64,000 nucleotides of DNA from assembly GCA_039030515.1 (NCBI GenBank), contig JBCCEA010000007.1, positions 1 to 64,000 of the forward strand. Direction: 5' to 3'. The notes beneath the pieces were generated by a model. The model was not told where the DNA came from. It was given only the letters and a program-made list of their open reading frames with translations, and did not search any database. The DNA is from Myxococcota bacterium. GTDB lineage: Bacteria > Myxococcota_A > Polyangia > Polyangiales > Houyiibacteriaceae. The position numbers were made by a program, and so were the translations under genes. Position 1 is the first letter of the stretch. Each line of letters starts with the position of its first letter. Below, one piece after another: positions 46,465 to 57,423 of the stretch.

Positions 46465-48149
46465 AGGAAGTGAGTCCGCGTCCGTTCGCCTCCTTCGTTC
46501 GTACATCTGTCGGACGACCGAGCGCGTCTGGGGGAGCACCGAGGTTTGACTTAAAGATGGACGGCGAAGGTGCGATCGCCCTGCGTCTTTCCTCTCCGGC
46601 ATCCGCTGGTTTTATCAAGGTCCTCGAGCTCGAGCTTCTCGTTCACGGGGTGAATTTTCCTTGCGATCTCAGAAGGGGCCCAAGCGAGTTTCGGAGTCAC
46701 AAGACCACCGTGCGATCTGCACGGATAGAACTTCCGCTTGCTGCGCTCTGTGTTTCTCCGGTCGTCGAGGTGCAGTGGGAGTCGGAAGCACTTCATCTGG
46801 CGCTTGAAGACGAGGAGGGTCTCTTTGGCGTTCAGCTCGAGGTCCTCTCTGACTCTAAGGGGATACGATTTGTTCCAAAGGGGTATCGATGGCTTGGGAC
46901 CGACGTCCAGAATCCCCTCGCACGTTTGGAGGCTGCACAGCAGGTTCAGCTGCGTGAAGGTCCAGGTCTGCCTTTGTGCTTTGAGCCGGTGACCCAAGAT
47001 TTTGTACTCGACGCGCCTGCTCAGCTGGCACTTACCGAGCTGATGGTGATGCACGGATGGCGACGACCTCAGTTGTCCGCTGCTTCTTTTGCCTATTCGT
47101 GTAGCGATGGAGTTGTGCGTCTGACCATCTCAGAACTACCCGAGGATCGGCCAGAGAACTCCAGGGAAGGCTCTCCGCATGGCCGGAATGCAGCGCTATC
47201 GATCGGAGAACGTCAGGGTCAAGGAACACTGATTAAGACGTATCAACGGTTGCGTGCGGCGCTACTTACCGGCGATCGACCCTCGGCCATTTCGGAGGTC
47301 CACATCCTACTCGAGACCGAGCCTTTGGCGGAACTGGTCATTTCTGCCGTACGTCAGGTCAACGAGGGTGTGGCTCCTGCTCCGGCGGTCAGAGCCTCTC
47401 TGCTGCAAAGGGCCGTAGCGCGTAAGCCAAAGGACGCGGAGTTGATCCTGGATTGGTCGCGCTCGCTTGTCTCGTCGTCCCCAGCTCATGAAGCGGTAGA
47501 ACCCGTGTTGCGTTTGTTGAAGTGGACGACGCTCCCCGTGCAGACTCAGGCAGAGATCCTCATCAACATCGGAAAAACGCTCCTCAACGCATCGAACTAT
47601 GATCTGGCGGCCCGTGTGATCGAGGAAGCGCTTCAGCTATCGCCGGATCAGCCCGAGTGTTGGGTTGCCCTCGGTGAGCTTGAAGCCCGCAGGTCGAATC
47701 ACGAGCGGGCCGCAGATCACTTTCATCGTGCGCACGGCATCTACGCCTCAAGAGACGCGGCTCCTCTGGCTGCAGAGTGCTTGATTCATGCGGCCGAATG
47801 TCTTCGCTCTGGCGGAGCACTGATCGAGGCCTTGGAATTCGCTCATCGTGCGACTGCGACCCATCCGACCTTCTGGGCCGTTCAGACCTTGATAGGGCTT
47901 TGCCGACTCAGCAGCAATGTTGCGTTCGAGATGAAGGCCTTGGGCCTTCTCCTCAAGCTGCCGAAAACCCCAGACGTGTCAAGAGAGTGCTGCATCGGTG
48001 CTGCATCTGCAATCGAGTCCGGCGATCTGCAGCTTGCGCGCGTGCTCGTCGAACACGCGGTCGCGACTTCCGTGAATCGCGCGCAGCTTTGCGAGTTGCG
48101 CAGCCAGATTTCCTCACTCGAGATGAACACTTCGGAATCAGGCAGTTAG
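46452..48149 (+). CDS. TPR-repeat hypothetical protein
   Basis: 565-codon ORF with the TPR motif IEEALQLSPDQPECWVALG. Start is uncertain (46452 or 46557). Confidence 0.8.
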   Translation: MRDLEEVSPRPFASFVRTSVGRPSASGGAPRFDLKMDGEGAIALRLSSPASAGFIKVLELELLVHGVNFPCDLRRGPSEFRSHKTTVRSARIELPLAALCVSPVVEVQWESEALHLALEDEEGLFGVQLEVLSDSKGIRFVPKGYRWLGTDVQNPLARLEAAQQVQLREGPGLPLCFEPVTQDFVLDAPAQLALTELMVMHGWRRPQLSAASFAYSCSDGVVRLTISELPEDRPENSREGSPHGRNAALSIGERQGQGTLIKTYQRLRAALLTGDRPSAISEVHILLETEPLAELVISAVRQVNEGVAPAPAVRASLLQRAVARKPKDAELILDWSRSLVSSSPAHEAVEPVLRLLKWTTLPVQTQAEILINIGKTLLNASNYDLAARVIEEALQLSPDQPECWVALGELEARRSNHERAADHFHRAHGIYASRDAAPLAAECLIHAAECLRSGGALIEALEFAHRATATHPTFWAVQTLIGLCRLSSNVAFEMKALGLLLKLPKTPDVSRECCIGAASAIESGDLQLARVLVEHAVATSVNRAQLCELRSQISSLEMNTSESGS

Positions 48150-48266
48150 CGTTCCGACGAGCTCATCGAGCACGCTCTAGGCGCCGCTCGACAACGCCCG
48201 ATGTTCTGACTTCTAAGCGGCTCTTAAGGGTTGTGTCGGCTTCCTCGGTTCCGTTAGATTTTTACG

Positions 48267-51107
48267 ATGAATCGCGGTCTTAGGGTTGTTCGTTCTTGGT
48301 GGTTCGCGGCGTCGTTTCTCGGTCCCCTGTGGATTCAGTCGGGTTGCGACGATTCGAGTGATGGTACGCAGTTCAGCGCGCTTATCGAAGATCTTCCTGA
48401 AGCGCTCCTATCCGTGCACGGCACCAGCGCAAGCGATGTATGGGCGGTCGGGGCTGACCGGGGAAACGGTCCTCGGGTACTACACTTTGACGGTACGCAA
48501 TGGTCCTCCTTCGACACGAACTCTGGCGCAGGTGGCATCTGGTGGGTGCACGCGCTCCGAACGGACCTGGTCTATTTCGGGGGCGAGGGCGGTCTGATAC
48601 TGCGATACGACGGCAGCTCTTTTGAGGTCATGGACACCCCAGCGGTTTCGACGCACACGGTTTACGGCATCTGGGCTCGAACTGAAGACGAGCTTTACGC
48701 GGTAGGGAGTCTCGCCGGAGGGCGCGACGGGTTTCTTTGGCGTTACCGGGGCAGTGAGTGGACCGAAGTTCGCCTCCCCAGCACCCTGCCCAAGGACAGC
48801 AGAGGATCGATCCCGGGATTCTTCAAGGTCTGGGGAACAGACGATACGCTGTATATTGTCGGCTCCTCGGGTTTGGTGCTCCGTTTGGTGGAGGATTCGT
48901 TCACGGTCGTCGAAAGCGGCGAGACCGGCACGCTATTTACGGTGCACGGTGGGGCTGAAGGATTCGTTGCCGTTGGAGGCGGCGTAAGCGGTGCGATCTT
49001 CGATATCGACGATGCGACCCTATCCTCGCAGCTGTCTGGAGCGGTGCCTCTACTGCAGGGGGTGTGGCTCGACGACGAAGGCGGAGGTTGGGCGAGCGGC
49101 GCCTCCGGTTCGATGTACCGCAGGAATCCAAGCGGCATCTGGATTGAGGAGGCCCGTGCGATCCCCCTTTCGGTGGAGTCTCTGCACGCAGTTTGGGTCG
49201 ACCCCGATGGAGGCGTCTGGTCGGTCGGAGGCAATGTGTTGTCCACCGACTTAGACCATGGCGTACTGATTCATCGAGGTCCGGTGACCGCGCAATTTCG
49301 ACTCGAGCCAGACGCTTTGGATGGCGGAGTCGATGCCGGTGACGAGGTCGTGTGTCCCGCCGAAGATGTGGATCCAAAACCCAGCGGTTCGATCGCCCGG
49401 CGATGGAATGAGGCCGTGATGGGAGCGATTCGACGTTCGATACCTCGTCCCACCGTTCACGCCCGGAATCTACTCCATATATCGATCGCGCTTTACGATG
49501 CTTTTGGCGCGTATGATGCAGATGTGACGCCTTATCTCGTAACGGAAGAGCGCGTCGGGACCAAAGCAGAGCAGGCGAATGCAATGAGCTATGCAGCCTA
49601 CCGAGTTGCAGTGCAAAGATATGCCCAAGAAGCCGGGGGAGATGTCTCTGTTGCGTGCTTTGCTGCACTGATGGCGCAACTCGGACTCGATCCGAATGAG
49701 GAGACAACCGAAGGCAACGGTCCTGCGGCGGTTGGAAATCGTATCGCTGGTGAAGTCCTCGCGACCTATGCGAACGACGGTTCATTTCAGGAGCGCGACT
49801 ACCAACCGAAACAAGCCTACGCAGCCCTCAATCCCTCACTCATCGTGGACCTTGCCGGCACCGGAGCAGACGACCCAGAGCGGTGGCAACCATTGAATCT
49901 ATCGGTGGCGGTGACCCAGAACGGCATTGTCGAGGAGGCGGGTGTGCAGAGATACATTGGTCCTCATTGGGGTCTTGTCACTCCCTTTGCGCTTCAGCGT
50001 GAGCAGCCGGAAACCAGCTATTTTGACCTCGGTGCCGGTCCGCTTTTTGATGAGACGACCGTTGCAGAAGCGGTCGAGCTCGTTCGCCTGTCCTCGCTTC
50101 TCGACCCTAGGTTACCGCAGACGATCAATCTCTCTCCCCGCGTGTTCGGCAACAACAGTCTGGGAACCAACGACGGGACGGGCCACGGCAACAACCCGGT
50201 TACCGGCGAAGCTTATGCGGACAATCTCGTGTCGCTTGCGGACTTTGGGAGGCTGATCTCTGAAATCTGGGCAGATGGCCCGAACTCGGAGACCCCCCCA
50301 GGGCATTGGAATGTCATCGCCAATCAGGTGTTCGACAGTCCGGACTTTTCTTTTCAGCTGTTTGGATCTGGACCTGCTCTTGACCGACTTGAATGGGACG
50401 TGAAGCTGTATCTCGTGCTCAACGGAGCACTTCACGATGCTGCGATCGCCGCGTGGGAGGCCAAGCGAACCTACGAGAGCTCGAGGCCGATCACGCTTAT
50501 TCGCTACATGGCGGAACGTGGTCAACGCAGCGATCCATCGGGGCAGAGCTACCATGCTGAGGGGATTCCGCTTGTGGACGGACTCATCGAGCTCATTACG
50601 GAAGAGAGCGCTGCTCCCGGTGGGCGTCACGAGCACCTATCCCCTTACATCGGACAAATCGCTTTGCGGAGTTGGCGAGGTGAACCTCGCGATCGAGACA
50701 ACGTGGCGAGTGGAGTCGCCTGGATCCGCGGAGCTGAATGGTTGCCGTACCAGCGTCGTACGTTCGTCTCGCCTGCGTTTCCCGGTTATGTGTCGGGGCA
50801 CAGCACCTTCAGTCGCGCAGCCGCTCGAGTCCTAGCGGAAGTGACCGGCAGCCCGTACTTTCCATCTGGCTACTATGAAATACCGCTGGCTCCCGGGTAT
50901 TTGGTCTTTGAAGCTGGACCGACGACCGAGGTGGGCTTGACCTACGCCTCGTACTACGACGCTGCCGATCAGGCAGGCCTTTCTCGATTGTATGGCGGTA
51001 TTCATATCGAAGCGGACGATCTGGATGGAAGGATCATCGGCGATGAGGTGGGTAGGCTCGCGGTCGAAGAAGCGAGGCCTTATCTGCTGGATCTACTGGG
51101 CGAATAA
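48267..51107 (+). CDS. Lipoprotein with N-terminal beta-propeller-like repeats and a vanadium-dependent haloperoxidase (PAP2 superfamily) domain
   Basis: Signal/lipobox QSG|CDD and repeats of the type L.SVHGTSASDVWAVG. Catalytic motifs K-x6-RP (AKRTYESSRP), PGYVSGHSTF and SRLYGGIH; also ARRWNE, RPTVHARNL and WADGP.SETPPGHW. Confidence 0.85.
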   Translation: MNRGLRVVRSWWFAASFLGPLWIQSGCDDSSDGTQFSALIEDLPEALLSVHGTSASDVWAVGADRGNGPRVLHFDGTQWSSFDTNSGAGGIWWVHALRTDLVYFGGEGGLILRYDGSSFEVMDTPAVSTHTVYGIWARTEDELYAVGSLAGGRDGFLWRYRGSEWTEVRLPSTLPKDSRGSIPGFFKVWGTDDTLYIVGSSGLVLRLVEDSFTVVESGETGTLFTVHGGAEGFVAVGGGVSGAIFDIDDATLSSQLSGAVPLLQGVWLDDEGGGWASGASGSMYRRNPSGIWIEEARAIPLSVESLHAVWVDPDGGVWSVGGNVLSTDLDHGVLIHRGPVTAQFRLEPDALDGGVDAGDEVVCPAEDVDPKPSGSIARRWNEAVMGAIRRSIPRPTVHARNLLHISIALYDAFGAYDADVTPYLVTEERVGTKAEQANAMSYAAYRVAVQRYAQEAGGDVSVACFAALMAQLGLDPNEETTEGNGPAAVGNRIAGEVLATYANDGSFQERDYQPKQAYAALNPSLIVDLAGTGADDPERWQPLNLSVAVTQNGIVEEAGVQRYIGPHWGLVTPFALQREQPETSYFDLGAGPLFDETTVAEAVELVRLSSLLDPRLPQTINLSPRVFGNNSLGTNDGTGHGNNPVTGEAYADNLVSLADFGRLISEIWADGPNSETPPGHWNVIANQVFDSPDFSFQLFGSGPALDRLEWDVKLYLVLNGALHDAAIAAWEAKRTYESSRPITLIRYMAERGQRSDPSGQSYHAEGIPLVDGLIELITEESAAPGGRHEHLSPYIGQIALRSWRGEPRDRDNVASGVAWIRGAEWLPYQRRTFVSPAFPGYVSGHSTFSRAAARVLAEVTGSPYFPSGYYEIPLAPGYLVFEAGPTTEVGLTYASYYDAADQAGLSRLYGGIHIEADDLDGRIIGDEVGRLAVEEARPYLLDLLGE

Positions 51108-51155
51108 GTTCCGGGATAGCGCATCGGATGGATCCAGGCGGCCCTTGTCGCGGCG

Positions 51156-52037
51156 GTGGCTTCAAAAACTCCAGGGTCCCGTCGTTCGGACGTTGAGGTG
51201 CAAACACAAGCGATACAAACGGAGCTTCAGGCACAGACCAGCCTGGACCGGAGTTTTCCATCGATCGTGTGTCGTCTCGGAGAACGAAACTTTGCACTTT
51301 CCGCCGGCTTGGTGGAGTCGATGGTTCAGCTGCCTTCGGTGACTCGCGTTCCGAATACCCCCTCCTACATCCGGGGGGTGATGAATCTTCGAGGTCGGAT
51401 TCTCCGCGTCGTCGACCTCAGGCTCTGTCTTTCTCTTCCAACGCTTGAAGAGGAAGCCTCTGCATTTGAACAGCTGATGGACGACCGACTGGCGGATCAC
51501 CACAGCTGGCTTGGCGAGCTGGAGGCGTCGGTGCGAGAAAAACGTCCCTTCACGATGGAGGCCGATCCAGAGCGCTCCAAGCTTGGCAGGTTTCTCAGCT
51601 CGTTTCGCACCGATGATGTGCTGATGCGTACGTTGCTCACCCGTTTTGACCGCCCACATCGCGCGATTCATTCGATCGCTAGTCGCGTCGGCACCCTTGT
51701 GTCCGGCAAAAAGTACGAGGAGGCCGAACGACTGGTCCGTCTCACCCGGGGAGGGGAGCTCGCCCAAATTACGCACCTCTTCTCGGTGACCAAAGACGCC
51801 TATCGTCGATCGAGAAGAGAAATAGCTCTGGTGCTTTTCGATGGTCGAGTTCGAAGCGCTGCGGTGGTCGATCAGGTCTTGTCGGTGGAACACCTTGAAC
51901 CGCTGGACAGCGATCATGATGACTGTTCAGAGATGCCGAGCGTGGGAAACTCGGAGCATATTTTGGGCATCATGAAGCGACCTCGCACCGAGGAACTCGT
52001 GATGCTGCTCCTTCCGAGTATCGTGTTCGATGTCTAG
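51156..52037 (+). CDS. cheW: CheW coupling protein split by an inserted CZB (chemoreceptor zinc-binding) domain
   Basis: CheW N-half VPNTPSYIRGVMNLRG..VVDL, then CZB DHHSWL...DPERSKLGRF...PHRAIH, then CheW C-half AVVDQVLSVE. Confidence 0.88.
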   Translation: MASKTPGSRRSDVEVQTQAIQTELQAQTSLDRSFPSIVCRLGERNFALSAGLVESMVQLPSVTRVPNTPSYIRGVMNLRGRILRVVDLRLCLSLPTLEEEASAFEQLMDDRLADHHSWLGELEASVREKRPFTMEADPERSKLGRFLSSFRTDDVLMRTLLTRFDRPHRAIHSIASRVGTLVSGKKYEEAERLVRLTRGGELAQITHLFSVTKDAYRRSRREIALVLFDGRVRSAAVVDQVLSVEHLEPLDSDHDDCSEMPSVGNSEHILGIMKRPRTEELVMLLLPSIVFDV

Positions 52038-52467
52038 TGATCTTCCAAAGCTCAGTCCGAAAGAGGAGCAGGCGTTTCTAGACGCCCTCGTCGCTTCCGA
52101 TCGAATCACACAAGAATCAGCAGATCGGGTGCGCCGATTGCAGACCAAGGGGCAGCATCAATTCGGTCGGGTGGCGATGCGGATGAAACTTCTCACGCCG
52201 CGACAAATTTCAGATGCTCTGGCCTACCAGTCGGAGTACCCGACGCTTCGTATCGGTGAATGCGCGCGTTCCCGGGGATTTCTCCGGAAGGTCGACATCG
52301 AGGCCGTGCTCGCTGAGCAGCAACAGTCGCGGCAGAGCCTGCTGACGCTCCTCATCGAAGACTTTGTGCTGGCAGGTAGCGAGGTTGAGCGCGAGGTGAA
52401 CCTCTTTTTGGAGGCACAAGAGCGCCTCGATGAGGAGAATCCGCCTCCTGATCAAGAAGCGGTGTAG
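52030..52467 (+). CDS. Small protein with MshEN-like repeats (putative c-di-GMP binding)
   Basis: QFGRVAMRMKLLTPRQISDALAYQ and RIGECARSRGFLRKVDIEAVLAEQ fit RxGxxLxxxGxxxxxxLxxxLxxQ. Confidence 0.65.
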   Translation: MSSDLPKLSPKEEQAFLDALVASDRITQESADRVRRLQTKGQHQFGRVAMRMKLLTPRQISDALAYQSEYPTLRIGECARSRGFLRKVDIEAVLAEQQQSRQSLLTLLIEDFVLAGSEVEREVNLFLEAQERLDEENPPPDQEAV

Positions 52468-52524
52468 CGTCGTACAGGTTTAAGTCCGACTGGGGCTACA
52501 TTCGCAGTCGGATAGACCGTTTAC

Positions 52525-54678
52525 ATGGGAAATGATTCCCGCAGACCATCGCCCGAATCGTCTGAGGCACTGCATATGAGCCCAGAAGAGGAGGAGATAG
52601 AGCCGATCTCCGAGATCGTGGTCTCCGAGGAGCCGGAGATGCTCTCCGAGTGCGTAGACGAATCGCTCGAGCACCTGGCCAATGCTGAGAATGCGATTTT
52701 GGAATTAGAGCAAGAGCCGACAAACGAACATCTCGTCAATACCGTTTTTCGTTCGTTTCACACCGTAAAGGGTATCGCAGGCTTTTTGGAACTCGTTCCC
52801 GTCACTCGGATTGCCCATCGGTCCGAGTCTATACTGGCGCTCGTTCGTTCCGGGGAACACAAGTTCGGCGGTGCTGACGGGACTGCCTTGCTCGACGCCG
52901 TCGACTTTCTGCGTCGCACGCTCGAGTCTGTTCGCGATGCGGCGGTAGAAGACGGCAGTGACGTACGCGTAGCGATCGATCCAGAATGGGTGGCTCTTTA
53001 TTACCGACTGGAGGTGGAAGACCACTCAGACGTCGAGACTCAGCCAGACGAAGTTGCGCTGGAGATTCCACCTGCCGTCGTCGAGCCGCCTGCCTCGAGT
53101 GAGCCGACGTCGCCCGAGCCGCCTGCATCCGCCGAATCGAGTGCGGTCGAATCGCCTGCTTCGAGTGAGCCGACGCCGCCCGAGCCGCCTGCATCCGCCG
53201 AGTCGAGTGCGGTCGAATCGCCCGTTCCAGCTGAGCTGCCCGCAGCCGAACCGATGTCGCCCGAGCCACCTGCCTCGGCTGAGTCAACCTCAGTCGAGGT
53301 TGCTGAGAAGGCTTCGCAGAGTGTCACAAAGGAGGAAGAGACTCCCAAAGCGCCTGAGGAACCGAAGTCTGAAACCCAAACGCACTCGAAGAAAGGCGCG
53401 GACACCCAACAGGTTTCGTCTACGCGCCAGTCCAATTCTGCAAAGACGGCAGCGAAGAAATCGACGGGTTCCGCCGCGAAGCGCGAGGCTTTTGTTCGAG
53501 TGCGCACAGATCGTCTCGATCAGCTTCTCGACACGGTAGGTGAGCTGGTGATCGCGCAGACGATGGTGCTGGAGCAGGGACGAGGCAGTTCGCGCTCGAA
53601 TGCGGGCCTCGTCGAACAGATCGTCATGGCAGGTAAGATCGTACGGGAGCTTCAGGACCTGACCATGTCTCTTCGGATGGTACCGATGTCCTCCACCTTT
53701 CAGCGCATGAGTCGGGTCATCCGGGACGTGGCGTCCAAGCAGGCCAAGCGCGTTCAGATGCAGACCACTGGAGACGATACCGAGATCGACCGCACCCTTG
53801 TCGACCTGCTCGCGGAGCCGCTGATCCACATGATACGGAACTCGGTGGACCACGGGATTGAAACTCCGGAGCATCGGGTTCGTCTCGGCAAGAATCCCAC
53901 GGGCACCATTCATCTCAGCGCGGCGTCCGAGGCAGGGCGCATCGTGATTCGCATTTCCGATGACGGTAAGGGTTTAGACCGGCAGCGCATCCTTGAGAAA
54001 GCCACCGAACGCGGACTGATAGAGCCGTCTGCCACCCTGCCTGACTCCGAAGTGTTCAAGCTGATCTTCGAACCTGGATTTTCCACGGCCAGTCAGGTCA
54101 CCGATGTGTCCGGCCGCGGAGTGGGTATGGACGTGGTGCGCAAAAACGTCGAAGCGCTTCGTGGTTGGATAGGGGTTGCGTCGGAGCAAGGTCGAGGCAC
54201 TACGATCACGATCAAGCTTCCTCTCACCCTTGCGATTACGGACGGGATGGTCGTACGGGTCGGAGAAGAGCGTTACATTCTGCCGACACTGAATATCGTG
54301 ATGAGTTTTCGTCCGACACGGTCGATGTTGGTCGCCGCCCCGGGCAGAGGTGAGTTCGCCATGTTGCGCGGAGAGCCCTTGCCGCTGATTCGCCTGTACC
54401 GAGTGTTCGAAGTCGAAGGCGCCGTCGAAGATCCTTCTGATGCATTGATCGTAGTTATGCAGGACGGTGACGTTCGCTACGCGCTACTCGTCGACGAAGT
54501 GATCGGTCAGCAACAGGTCGTGACCAAGGGTTTGGAGCTTGGTCGTAGCCGCTCCATGGGGCTTGGCGGAGCCGCGATCCTCGGAGACGGACGTGTTGGA
54601 CTCATCGTAGACACGGCTGGTCTAGCGCAGCAGGCACGTCGAGAAGTGCAGGGCGCTCGCCGAGCGAGGGTTGCATGA
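52525..54678 (+). CDS. cheA: Chemotaxis histidine kinase CheA
   Basis: HPt FRSFHTVKG, dimerisation VRVRTDRLDQL, EPLIHMIRNSVDHG, DDGKG, FEPGFSTA, DVSGRGVGMDVV and a CheW domain. Confidence 0.97.
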   Translation: MGNDSRRPSPESSEALHMSPEEEEIEPISEIVVSEEPEMLSECVDESLEHLANAENAILELEQEPTNEHLVNTVFRSFHTVKGIAGFLELVPVTRIAHRSESILALVRSGEHKFGGADGTALLDAVDFLRRTLESVRDAAVEDGSDVRVAIDPEWVALYYRLEVEDHSDVETQPDEVALEIPPAVVEPPASSEPTSPEPPASAESSAVESPASSEPTPPEPPASAESSAVESPVPAELPAAEPMSPEPPASAESTSVEVAEKASQSVTKEEETPKAPEEPKSETQTHSKKGADTQQVSSTRQSNSAKTAAKKSTGSAAKREAFVRVRTDRLDQLLDTVGELVIAQTMVLEQGRGSSRSNAGLVEQIVMAGKIVRELQDLTMSLRMVPMSSTFQRMSRVIRDVASKQAKRVQMQTTGDDTEIDRTLVDLLAEPLIHMIRNSVDHGIETPEHRVRLGKNPTGTIHLSAASEAGRIVIRISDDGKGLDRQRILEKATERGLIEPSATLPDSEVFKLIFEPGFSTASQVTDVSGRGVGMDVVRKNVEALRGWIGVASEQGRGTTITIKLPLTLAITDGMVVRVGEERYILPTLNIVMSFRPTRSMLVAAPGRGEFAMLRGEPLPLIRLYRVFEVEGAVEDPSDALIVVMQDGDVRYALLVDEVIGQQQVVTKGLELGRSRSMGLGGAAILGDGRVGLIVDTAGLAQQARREVQGARRARVA
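53089..53223. repeat. 66-bp tandem duplication in the CheA Pro/Ser/Glu linker
   Basis: PASSEPT(S/P)PEPPASAESSAVES is encoded at 53089 and 53155; a partial third copy follows. Confidence 0.85.
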
Positions 54679-54804
54679 ACCTGATTGTACAAAGGTCGGT
54701 GTGGCGCACATCGGTGCGGCGTTTGATGGCGGTGTGTACGCCAGCCCATCTTTTGTTGGTGCGTATCCGCTTTTCCGAGGGGACGAGCAAGGGGGGAGTC
54801 GGTT

Positions 54805-57360
54805 GTGTCTGATACCGCTGAGTCTGAGAAGCTGCTGGTTTTGAAGAGCCCATCCACATGGATTGGTCTCTCCACTAAAGTGGTTTTGCTTCTGGTTGGA
54901 TTTGCGGCCGTTCCGTTGGTTCTCGTATCGATCCTCACGCTGCGATCTCTCGGTGCTCTCGAGGACGACGCGACCGATAGGTACCAAGGACTTGCGGCGA
55001 ACGTCGGAGAGAAAATCGACAGAAACCTCATCGAACGATACGGAGACGTGCAGGCCTTCGGTTTGAACGGGGTGGTCCAAGATCGCGAGAACTGGTACCG
55101 GAGGGACTCCCCTATCGTCAACGCGATGAACCACTACGTGGCGACCTACGGCAACTACTACCTGACGATTTTGGTCGACCTTCAGGGCAAGGTCATCGCC
55201 GTGAACGACAAAGACGAGACCGGTCGTGCGATCGACTCAAGCTTCATTTACGGGGTGAACTACGCCAACTCCGATTGGTTCCGCGCCCTACAAGAAGAGG
55301 AGTTTACCAGGACTACCCGATACACTGCACCAGGCAACGACGTTTCCGACGGTACGTTCATCGAAGACGTACACGAAGACTCCACCGTTCGGCGGACCTA
55401 CCCTGAGGAAACTGGATTGGCCTTAGGCTTCAGCGCGCCCGTTCGAGACGCGAGCGGGAATATCGTTGCCTACTGGAGCAATCGAGCGCGCTTTTCGATA
55501 GTGGAGGAGATCCTAAGCAGTAGCTACACGGAACAAACACGTGCGGGAGTGACAGACCTGCGATTGAAAGTCGTGACGAGCTCGGGAGACCTTCTGGTGC
55601 TCATCGACCTGCAGGACGGCGAGCCCACCCTTCGGCACGGTCAGGGCGTCCAGAATCTGAACACCTTGGGCTATGGAGATCAGGCGGAAGCCATCACTTC
55701 AGGCGAGGCGGGGCATTTCCGATTTCGCGGTCCGAAGGGAGATCACGTGATCGGCTATGCGCCCTTGGTCGGAGCGCTGGGGTATCCCGGAACCGAATGG
55801 GTCGTGCTCGCTGAGGTGCCCGCGGAGATCGCCGCTGCTGCGGCGATCGACGTGCAGTACATTTTGATCTGGACAACAGTGGGCACCCTTGTCGTTGTCT
55901 CGCTGCTCGGCTTTTTCTTGGGTCGTCTGGCGGTTCGCCCCATTTTGGAAATGAAGCAGGTCGCGCGCGCGATGGCGGTGGGTCGCTTCGATCAGCGAAT
56001 CGGTTGGCGTAGTCGCGACGAACTCGGTGAGTTGGCAAGGTCCGTGGATGGTCTCGCCTCCTATCTCAGAGACGTCAATGATGCCGTTCGGCATGTGGCA
56101 GAAGGGGAGCTGGATTTCGACTATGAGCTTCGCGACGCCGAAAACGACGAGCTCGGACAGAACGTGCTGCGGATGCGGGAGTCACTCCATCGATTGGTGG
56201 GCCGCTCTCACGACATCATCCATGGGGTAGAGTCTGGCGATCTCGGAGTTCGAGCCGACACCGAAGACTTGGATGGCGTCTACGGGGAGATCGTCAGCGG
56301 TCTCAACAAGACCGTCGTTGCGTTTAGCGTGCCGCTGGAGGAGGTTGTTCAGCGCCTTAGAGCAGTCGCTGCACGGCAGCTCAATCTGCGTATGTCGGGC
56401 AGCTACTGCGGAGAATTTCGCGCGATGGCGGAAGCGTTCAATCAAGCAGCAAACAATCTGGACGATGCTCTGTCGCAGGTGGCTATGGCTACCGATCAGG
56501 TTTCTACCGCGGCAAACGAGATTACGGTCGGCAATCAGCAGATGGCAGAAGCCGCTTCGAGCAGCGCCGGATCGCTGGATCGAGTAACGCGGTCCCTTGA
56601 GGGAATCACGACTATGGGCACCGAGAATGCAAAGCGCTCTGAGGAAGCTCGTGACATGGCTGATGCAATGAGCGCCGCGGTCTCAACCGGGACCGAGTCG
56701 ATGGGTCGTCTTTCCTCCGCGATCGAGGAGATTCGTCAGTCAGCTGAGGAGACGGCGAAGATCATTCGCACGATCGACGACATCGCATTTCAAACCAACC
56801 TTTTGGCGCTCAATGCTGCGGTCGAAGCGGCACGCGCGGGGGAGGCGGGCAAAGGTTTTGCGGTCGTTGCAGAAGAAGTGCGAAGTCTTGCTCGAAGATC
56901 AGCGGAAGCTGCCCAGAATACGGCGCAGCTGATCGAGTCTTCTCTTGAAAAGACCAAAATGGGCGTCGCCGCAAATGATGAGGTTTTGCGCAGTCTAAAT
57001 GACATCAACGATCGCGTTTCCGGGGTGACCGACGTGATGAGCCAAATAAGCAGTGCATCCAGGCAGCAGGCGGAGGCCGTCGGCAAGATCAACGAGTCGG
57101 TGAGCGAAATGTCGGATTCGACGCAGCAGAGCGCCGCCACGACCGAACAGTCTGCGAGCGCTGCGGTGGAGCTTGCGGGTCAGGCCGACAGTCTCAAACG
57201 CATGGTTTCTGATTTCCAGCTGAGCGGAGAAGACACCTCATTTGATTTGGGCTTCGCCGCTGCTCCGGTTTCGCCGAGTTTTGGAGCCTCTGATCCGAAC
57301 CAGCTGATTCCTCTCGATGATGGTGACTCCGGGCACGAATCGGTTCTTTCCCAATTTTAG
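54805..57360 (+). CDS. Methyl-accepting chemotaxis protein (two TM helices, large Cache-like sensor, several HAMP domains)
   Basis: TM1, a large extracytoplasmic domain, TM2, HAMP domains (DELGEL), [34 protein letters not shown] and a C-terminal IPLDD...LSQF tether-like tail. Confidence 0.95.
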   Translation: MSDTAESEKLLVLKSPSTWIGLSTKVVLLLVGFAAVPLVLVSILTLRSLGALEDDATDRYQGLAANVGEKIDRNLIERYGDVQAFGLNGVVQDRENWYRRDSPIVNAMNHYVATYGNYYLTILVDLQGKVIAVNDKDETGRAIDSSFIYGVNYANSDWFRALQEEEFTRTTRYTAPGNDVSDGTFIEDVHEDSTVRRTYPEETGLALGFSAPVRDASGNIVAYWSNRARFSIVEEILSSSYTEQTRAGVTDLRLKVVTSSGDLLVLIDLQDGEPTLRHGQGVQNLNTLGYGDQAEAITSGEAGHFRFRGPKGDHVIGYAPLVGALGYPGTEWVVLAEVPAEIAAAAAIDVQYILIWTTVGTLVVVSLLGFFLGRLAVRPILEMKQVARAMAVGRFDQRIGWRSRDELGELARSVDGLASYLRDVNDAVRHVAEGELDFDYELRDAENDELGQNVLRMRESLHRLVGRSHDIIHGVESGDLGVRADTEDLDGVYGEIVSGLNKTVVAFSVPLEEVVQRLRAVAARQLNLRMSGSYCGEFRAMAEAFNQAANNLDDALSQVAMATDQVSTAANEITVGNQQMAEAASSSAGSLDRVTRSLEGITTMGTENAKRSEEARDMADAMSAAVSTGTESMGRLSSAIEEIRQSAEETAKIIRTIDDIAFQTNLLALNAAVEAARAGEAGKGFAVVAEEVRSLARRSAEAAQNTAQLIESSLEKTKMGVAANDEVLRSLNDINDRVSGVTDVMSQISSASRQQAEAVGKINESVSEMSDSTQQSAATTEQSASAAVELAGQADSLKRMVSDFQLSGEDTSFDLGFAAAPVSPSFGASDPNQLIPLDDGDSGHESVLSQF

Positions 57361-57423
57361 CGTCGTGCGATGGGTCTCGGTACGGCTCATCGAGCCGCCG
57401 AGATCTTTGTCGAGGAGGTGTCC

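Noticed and set aside
54700..54745. Imperfect hairpin between cheA and the MCP gene
   Set aside because: It is a single imperfect stem, too little to call a terminator or regulatory RNA.
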